DNA of 38,888 bases, taken from the UHGV virus genome UHGV-0098678; one strand, written 5' to 3'. Each line of letters begins with the position of its first letter. Position 1 is the stretch's first letter. The position numbers and the translations under genes are program-made. The stretch is from a virus. The notes beneath the pieces are model-generated. The model ran no database searches and was not told the DNA's origin. It was given only the letters and a program-made list of their open reading frames with translations. Positions 34,214 through 38,888 of the stretch are shown piece by piece.

Positions 34214-34280
34214 AGCTATTGCCTGATATTTATTTCAGATAATAAATATTCACCCATAAGGTAACAAAAATCAAGGATAG

Positions 34281-34295
34281 TTACCTATGGGGTGC
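34281..34295. promoter_or_regulatory. imperfect operator TTACC-N5-GGTGC in the repressor/Cro intergenic region
   Basis: TTACCtatggGGTGC, centre 17 bp from the adjacent perfect site. Confidence 0.4.
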
Positions 34296-34297
34296 AT

Positions 34298-34312
34298 TTA
34301 CCTGTTGGGTAA
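34298..34312. promoter_or_regulatory. operator TTACC-N5-GGTAA in the repressor/Cro intergenic region (OR-like)
   Basis: TTACCtgttgGGTAA between the divergent Cro-like (start 34213) and repressor (start 34368) genes. Confidence 0.55.
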
Positions 34313-34367
34313 TATTGCTTTAAATTGAATCATCTACTGATTCATATATGAGGCGATTTTCCAGAAA

Positions 34368-34952
34368 ATGAAAAGTATCCAGGACGTCCGCAGGCAAAAT
34401 CTCAACGACTTGATCGACCGTGAATTCAATGGTGTTCAGACGCGGATGGCAGAAAAACTTGGAACTCAGGCAAATCTGGTAAACCGCTGGGCTCTTGGCA
34501 AGAAGGTTATCGGCGACCAGGTTGCACGAAAAATTGAAGCTGCCGCCAATAAACCCCGTAACTGGCTTGATATTGATCGTTCGCTTTCTCAGGAGGGTTT
34601 TCAGCCTGTCGGACCAAGCGACATTGGTCAACTGGCGGCTCACAACCTGGAACGCTGGATGAGCGAAAGCCGCGACCTTTCAACACAGGGAAAACTTCAC
34701 CGCGCATCCGGCGTAGCCCAGGTGACAATCAGCCGCCTGTTAAACAATGAGGTCAGCGTTTCCATTTCCACCCTGGAGAATGTTGCATCCGCATTCGGGC
34801 GTCATGGCTATGAATTACTGATTCACCCGCACGACCCTGCGACCATCAACTATGATCGCTCGCGCTACGCATTGTTACCCGAAACCGAGAAAGCAAAGAT
34901 CGAAAGTTACATTGAATTTGTCATCAACCAGAACGAAAAAAGCAAACAATAA
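34368..34952 (+). CDS. phage repressor-like protein with two HTH domains and no S24 peptidase domain
   Basis: 194 aa; first HTH around QTRMAEKLGTQANLVNRWALGKK, second around LHRASGVAQVTISRLLNNEVSVSISTLENVASAFG; no Ala-Gly/Ser-Lys autocleavage module; sits between operator clusters like lambda cI. Confidence 0.55.
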   Translation: MKSIQDVRRQNLNDLIDREFNGVQTRMAEKLGTQANLVNRWALGKKVIGDQVARKIEAAANKPRNWLDIDRSLSQEGFQPVGPSDIGQLAAHNLERWMSESRDLSTQGKLHRASGVAQVTISRLLNNEVSVSISTLENVASAFGRHGYELLIHPHDPATINYDRSRYALLPETEKAKIESYIEFVINQNEKSKQ

Positions 34953-34972
34953 AACCATAGTTTTCAGTAAGT

Positions 34973-34997
34973 AAGCCGCCTCATGGCGGCTTTTTTA
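34973..34997 (+). terminator. rho-independent terminator after the repressor gene
   Basis: Stem AGCCGCC tcat GGCGGCT followed by TTTTTT. Confidence 0.7.
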
Positions 34998-35009
34998 TTG
35001 CCAGATAGA

Positions 35010-35024
35010 TTACCTTACGGGTAA
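35010..35024. promoter_or_regulatory. operator TTACC-N5-GGTAA (OL-like)
   Basis: TTACCttacgGGTAA downstream of the repressor terminator. Confidence 0.5.
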
Positions 35025-35043
35025 TTTTTTTAACTCATATCTA

Positions 35044-35072
35044 TTGACACCAAACCAAATAAGCATAATTAT
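35044..35072 (+). promoter_or_regulatory. candidate sigma70 promoter (pL-like) for the + strand early operon
   Basis: TTGACA (35044-35049), 17-nt spacer, AATTAT (35067-35072); its -10 abuts the operator at 35075. Confidence 0.4.
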
Positions 35073-35074
35073 TA

Positions 35075-35089
35075 CCCCAACGGTAACAG
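35075..35089. promoter_or_regulatory. operator TTACC-N5-GGTAA (OL-like)
   Basis: TTACCccaacGGTAA immediately downstream of the candidate -10; a further half-site GAGGTAAC follows at 35094-35101. Confidence 0.5.
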
Positions 35090-35105
35090 ACCGAGGTAAC
35101 AAGTT

Positions 35106-35258
35106 ATGCAGTGGAAAATCATCAACGGTTGGTACTGCGTTACTGCATGCGGATTCATGAGCTGGAAGTTCCGCACCTTACAGGAAGGCATTAAGTGGGC
35201 TTTCGTCAGCAAAGAAGCTCGCGATGTGGCCAACGATAACGAGATATGGGAGGGCTGA
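35106..35258 (+). CDS. hypothetical 50-aa protein, first ORF of the pL-like operon
   Basis: Hand-translated: MQWKIINGWYCVTACGFMSWKFRTLQEGIKWAFVSKEARDVANDNEIWEG; GAGG about 9 nt upstream; stop is 2 nt before the next ATG. Confidence 0.3.
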   Translation: MQWKIINGWYCVTACGFMSWKFRTLQEGIKWAFVSKEARDVANDNEIWEG

Positions 35259-35260
35259 TA

Positions 35261-35560
35261 ATGAACGTTAATCAGCAGAAAAATCTTCAAAAAATCATGC
35301 TGGCATTCGACAAGGACTACCGCCTGTCAGAACAGCTATATGACCGACAAGTTGAACTGATTGAGAGCATCCGACTTCATCAACTGTCCTCAACTTTCGA
35401 CGTTGTAACAGGCAAAGGCGTTCGTCAGGAAGTACTGGAGGCTGCTAAAGACAGCCCTGAGTTCGAAGAACTGATGGATGCCTATCGGCGAGAGGCAATG
35501 GCAATTATCGCCCGCTGGGATCTGGCGGATCAGCTTGATGGGCAGAGGGACGCGGCATGA
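35261..35560 (+). CDS. hypothetical protein
   Basis: ATG 35261 with SD GGGAGGG (track ORF starts 5 codons earlier); 99 aa, helical; ATGA overlap with the exonuclease gene. Confidence 0.45.
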   Translation: MNVNQQKNLQKIMLAFDKDYRLSEQLYDRQVELIESIRLHQLSSTFDVVTGKGVRQEVLEAAKDSPEFEELMDAYRREAMAIIARWDLADQLDGQRDAA

Positions 35561-36456
35561 TGCGGAACGCTGGAATCATGGATAGAACAAAATACATCGG
35601 AGGAAGCGATGTTGCAGGGATTCTTGGAATTAGCCCATGGCGCACCCCGCTTGAGGTTTATCTGGATAAGGTCCAGCCACGTGTCAAACCAGTAGACCCA
35701 AGCAAGCAGAAAGTTTTCACGCGTGGCCAGCGTATGGAGCCATACGTAATAGACCTGCTTTCTGAGGAAACAGGGATGGAAATCGTTCATCGCGGAAACC
35801 GCTATATCCACCGTGATTACGATTTTATTGCAGCTGAGATCGATGCAGAAGCAGCGTCAGGCGAGAACATTGAGATCAAAACAGTTAGTCCGTTCAAAGC
35901 CAAAGAATGGGGAGAAATCCAGACAGATGCAATTCCTGTGCATTACACGGCCCAGGCCATGCACGGGTTGATGGTTACAAACAAACAGGTATGCGTTTTC
36001 GGTGTGCTTATCGGTGGCGACGACTTCCGAATCTATCGGGTTGAGCGTGATGAAGAAACTATCCAGGCGATCTTAGAAAAAGAAATCGCTTTCTGGGACC
36101 GAGTGAAAAATCTTAACCCGCCGGAAGCTACCAGCGTAAGCGATGTATCGCTGATGTTTGAGAAAGATGCCGGGACAAGTATCGAGGCTGACGGAAAGGC
36201 ACTCGCACTATTCAACAATCTACGAGACATGAAATCACGCAGAAAATCACTGGAAGAAGAAATAGCTATATCAGAAGAGAAGCTGAAGATGTACATGCAA
36301 GAGCACTCAGTCCTGACCCTGGACGGAAAGCCGCTCTGCACATGGAAATCTCAGATCAGCAACAGATTCGACCAGAAGCTATTCCAGTCAGTACACCCTG
36401 AGTTATTCGAAAAATTCAAAACAACAACGACACAACGCGTCTTCAGAATGAAGTAA
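35557..36456 (+). CDS. YqaJ-like viral recombinase-associated exonuclease
   Basis: N-terminal YIGGSDVAGILGISPWRTPLEVY matches the YqaJ/lambda-Exo-like nuclease start; paired with a downstream RecT gene. Confidence 0.75.
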   Translation: MMRNAGIMDRTKYIGGSDVAGILGISPWRTPLEVYLDKVQPRVKPVDPSKQKVFTRGQRMEPYVIDLLSEETGMEIVHRGNRYIHRDYDFIAAEIDAEAASGENIEIKTVSPFKAKEWGEIQTDAIPVHYTAQAMHGLMVTNKQVCVFGVLIGGDDFRIYRVERDEETIQAILEKEIAFWDRVKNLNPPEATSVSDVSLMFEKDAGTSIEADGKALALFNNLRDMKSRRKSLEEEIAISEEKLKMYMQEHSVLTLDGKPLCTWKSQISNRFDQKLFQSVHPELFEKFKTTTTQRVFRMK

Positions 36457-36465
36457 GGAGAAAAA

Positions 36466-37488
36466 ATGTCTATCAATGCACTTAAGGCAGCGGCTACCGG
36501 TAACCAAGTTGCACATCATAATGAGAAACCAACAACTCTGGCCGGACTTCTGGCAGACCCAAAAATTAAAGCTCAGATGGCTTTGGCACTTCCAAAGCAC
36601 ATGACAGCAGACCGTCTGGCGCGCATAGCAACCACAGAGATCAGAAAGGTTCCAAAACTTGCATCATGCGACCAAGCCAGCTTCCTGGGGGCAATTATGC
36701 AATGTGCCCAATTGGGTCTTGAACCAGGCGGAGCTCTTGGACACGCTTACCTGATACCGTTCGACAAACGCCAGAAAGTAAATGGAAGATGGGAAACCGT
36801 ATCTACAGAAGCACAGCTGATTATCGGCTATCGCGGAATGATTGACCTTGCCCGCCGCTCTGGGCAGATCCTGAGTATCTCGGCTCGTACCGTACATACA
36901 AACGACAAATTCAGCTACTCATACGGCCTGGAAGAAACGCTCGAGCATTTACCTTGCGAAACAGGTGACAGCGGAGAATTAACGCACGTTTACGCCGTTG
37001 CACGACTGAAAGATGGCGGAGTCCAATTTGAAGTTATGAGCCGGGCAGACGTTGAGAAAGTTCGTGCACTGAGCAAAGCCGGTAGCAGTGGCCCATGGGT
37101 TGATCACTTCGATGAGATGGCTAAAAAAACAGTAATTCGCCGACTGTTCAAATATCTTCCTGTTTCTATTGAAATGCAGAAGGCTGTTGTTATGGATGAG
37201 CGCGCTGAAGCTGGACTTAGCCAAGATAACGCAGCTGTTATCACTGGTGAATATTCCGTAGTTGACGATGAGCGTCAACACCTGTCGCCAATTTCAGATT
37301 CAGAACGAGAAGAAGCTCGAGAATATATCATCGCGATACTTAATAGCCTGGATCCATCTGCTGAAGATGCAAAAACGATGTTCAAGCGCGCTGAAAATGA
37401 AATTAACACCATGGCTGAAAAGCTCGGTGATGAATATCACCAAAAATTCATGATGACGCTTAACGATATGCGTCCAGAATTCGAGTAA
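36466..37488 (+). CDS. recT: RecT-family single-strand annealing protein
   Basis: 340 aa; strong SD TAAGGAG; conserved RecT-like core (...LIIGYRGMIDLARRSGQ...VYAVARLKDGG...KKTVIRRLFKYLP...). Confidence 0.8.
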   Translation: MSINALKAAATGNQVAHHNEKPTTLAGLLADPKIKAQMALALPKHMTADRLARIATTEIRKVPKLASCDQASFLGAIMQCAQLGLEPGGALGHAYLIPFDKRQKVNGRWETVSTEAQLIIGYRGMIDLARRSGQILSISARTVHTNDKFSYSYGLEETLEHLPCETGDSGELTHVYAVARLKDGGVQFEVMSRADVEKVRALSKAGSSGPWVDHFDEMAKKTVIRRLFKYLPVSIEMQKAVVMDERAEAGLSQDNAAVITGEYSVVDDERQHLSPISDSEREEAREYIIAILNSLDPSAEDAKTMFKRAENEINTMAEKLGDEYHQKFMMTLNDMRPEFE

Positions 37489-37537
37489 CCACCACCGCGG
37501 CGCCACGTGCGCCGCACTGCAACCAAGAGAGGTATTC

Positions 37538-37786
37538 ATGAAAGGTGCATTAGGTAAGAAAGAACTCCTGGCGGTGGTGCCACTGTCATGGAGCACTATC
37601 GACCGTATGGAGCGCGCAGGGGAATTTCCTAAACGCTGGTATATCACCGATAAACGCTGCGCATGGAACCGTGATGAAGTTGAGCGTTGGCTTGATGAAC
37701 GTCAGGCAGCAAGCCCGGCAGAGTTCCAGGGTAAAAAGCCTCCTGTTCAGCAACGTGTATATCGTCCCGTGAGCAACGCTGCATGA
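37538..37786 (+). CDS. AlpA-family phage transcriptional regulator / excisionase-like protein
   Basis: 82 aa; LLAVVPLSWSTIDRMERAGEFPKRWYITDKRCAWNRDEVERWL fits the AlpA winged-HTH pattern. Confidence 0.55.
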   Translation: MKGALGKKELLAVVPLSWSTIDRMERAGEFPKRWYITDKRCAWNRDEVERWLDERQAASPAEFQGKKPPVQQRVYRPVSNAA

Positions 37787-37895
37787 GTGCGCTGCTAAGG
37801 CACTGGAGCAAATGGTCAGGATGGTACTTATTCCTGGCCTCTGTTTCAGCATGGCTTTATCTGCTGGCATTAATTTTCAGAGAGGGTTGGATTAA

Positions 37896-38195
37896 GTGAG
37901 AAAGTTAAGCCGACTTGAAAAATATCACATGAATAAGGTTTCAATGCGCAGTCCGTCAAAGATTGTCGCCGTTACTCCTGCGGCGATAGAGATCGAAAAA
38001 CGCGCGATTGAAAGAGAGAAAAAAGGGCAATTCCGCATTGCCGCTCACCTTTGGCTTCAGTGTATGGATGTTGCTTCTGGTGATGTTGAACGTGCAAGGA
38101 TCGCGGTTCGCAGGGACCAATGTATCACAAAAGGTAACGGCCTTCGCCGTGGCGACTATAGCGGTATAGGATGTTGCGGGGTGGTTTATGACTAA
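37896..38195 (+). CDS. PerC-like transcriptional activator candidate
   Basis: 99 aa with GTG start; segment FRIAAHLWLQCMDVASGDVERARIA resembles the PerC family as recalled (low confidence). Confidence 0.35.
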   Translation: MRKLSRLEKYHMNKVSMRSPSKIVAVTPAAIEIEKRAIEREKKGQFRIAAHLWLQCMDVASGDVERARIAVRRDQCITKGNGLRRGDYSGIGCCGVVYD

Positions 38196-38838
38196 GAAAT
38201 ACACACTAATCTATGCAGATCCACCCTGGGTATACCGGGACAAAGCCGCAGATGGTAATCGCGGTGCCGGTTTTAAATATCCGGTTATGAGTGTGATGGA
38301 TATCTGCCGCCTTCCTGTGTGGGATTTGGCCGATGAAAACTGTCTGTTGGCCATGTGGTGGGTGCCAACACAACCACTCGAAGCACTAAAAGTTGTTGAA
38401 GCCTGGGGATTCCGTCTGATGACCATGAAGGGATTCACGTGGATAAAATGTGGTAGTCGACAACCAGATAAACTGGTTATGGGTATGGGTCACATGACTC
38501 GCGCCAATAGTGAAGATTGCCTGTTTGCAGTAAAGGGAAAACTACCTCCGCGCATTAATGCAGGGATCGTTCAGTCATTTACCGCACCGCGGCTTGAGCA
38601 TTCAAGAAAACCAGATGTCGTTCGTGAAAAACTTGTGCAATTGTTAGGCGATGTTTCTCGCATTGAACTGTTCGCCCGCCAGTCGTCTCATGGCTTCGAT
38701 GTTTGGGGTAATCAGTGCGAAGACCCGGCAGTGCAACTACACCCTGGATACGCGTTGGATATTGCCAGATTAACAAATGCATTCAGCAATGCTCCGCTGT
38801 CACCAACAGACAACCAGGGGCGGGAGCGTGCAGCATGA
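38188..38838 (+). CDS. MT-A70 family N6-adenine DNA methyltransferase
   Basis: N-terminal YADPPWVY (DPPW catalytic motif) plus downstream MT-A70-like blocks; overlaps the upstream gene by 8 nt. Confidence 0.8.
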   Translation: MTKKYTLIYADPPWVYRDKAADGNRGAGFKYPVMSVMDICRLPVWDLADENCLLAMWWVPTQPLEALKVVEAWGFRLMTMKGFTWIKCGSRQPDKLVMGMGHMTRANSEDCLFAVKGKLPPRINAGIVQSFTAPRLEHSRKPDVVREKLVQLLGDVSRIELFARQSSHGFDVWGNQCEDPAVQLHPGYALDIARLTNAFSNAPLSPTDNQGRERAA

Positions 38839-38888
38839 ACCGGGCATCACCAGCAGATTTAAGGAAATGCCTTGAAACTGCAAACATG
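38835..38888 (+). CDS. 5' end of an unidentified ORF (partial, runs off the window)
   Basis: ATG 38835 overlapping the methyltransferase stop (ATGA); only 18 codons visible. Confidence 0.2.
   Translation, partial: MNRASPADLRKCLETANM

Noticed and set aside
34225-34242. CTGA-N8-TCAG element resembling a second LexA box in the repressor/Cro intergenic region
   Set aside because: Half-sites are CTGA/TCAG rather than CTGT/ACAG and the spacer is not the TA-rich consensus; likely just AT-rich promoter sequence.
1-38888. CRISPR arrays, rRNA genes, insertion sequences/transposases, integrase
   Set aside because: No regularly spaced direct repeats with unique spacers, no rRNA-like conserved blocks, and no transposase- or tyrosine-recombinase-like ORF was seen; the integrase is presumably beyond the right edge of the window.

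Overview
Almost the whole window reads as one temperate-phage (prophage) genome with a mosaic build. On the right (34.3-38.9 kb, + strand) is a lambda-like immunity and recombination arm: a two-HTH repressor without a peptidase domain, flanked by operator clusters, then YqaJ exonuclease, RecT, AlpA-like, PerC-like and MT-A70 methylase genes. Diverging from it on the - strand are a Cro-like gene, lambda O/P-like replication genes with iterons, a nin-like block of small overlapping genes, then a T7-like podovirus morphogenesis module (TerS, TerL, portal, scaffold, capsid, tail tube A/B, internal virion proteins, tail fiber) and a lysis cassette (two holin-like proteins, GH19 endolysin, Rz with embedded Rz1). 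Embedded accessory material includes a phage-borne tRNA-Arg(UCU), low-GC moron cassettes at 7.7-9.5 kb and 25.5-26.0 kb, and a LexA-box-controlled antirepressor pair at 6.3-7.6 kb. A 15-bp palindrome TTACC-N5-GGTAA occurs at least 10 times perfectly, both in the immunity region and dispersed at other intergenic sites. The leftmost ~1.6 kb (lipoprotein and secreted coiled-coil gene) may be host DNA or cargo. No CRISPR array, rRNA, transposase or integrase was seen in the window. All functional calls rest on reading motifs in the six-frame translations and on gene order; no database search was possible.
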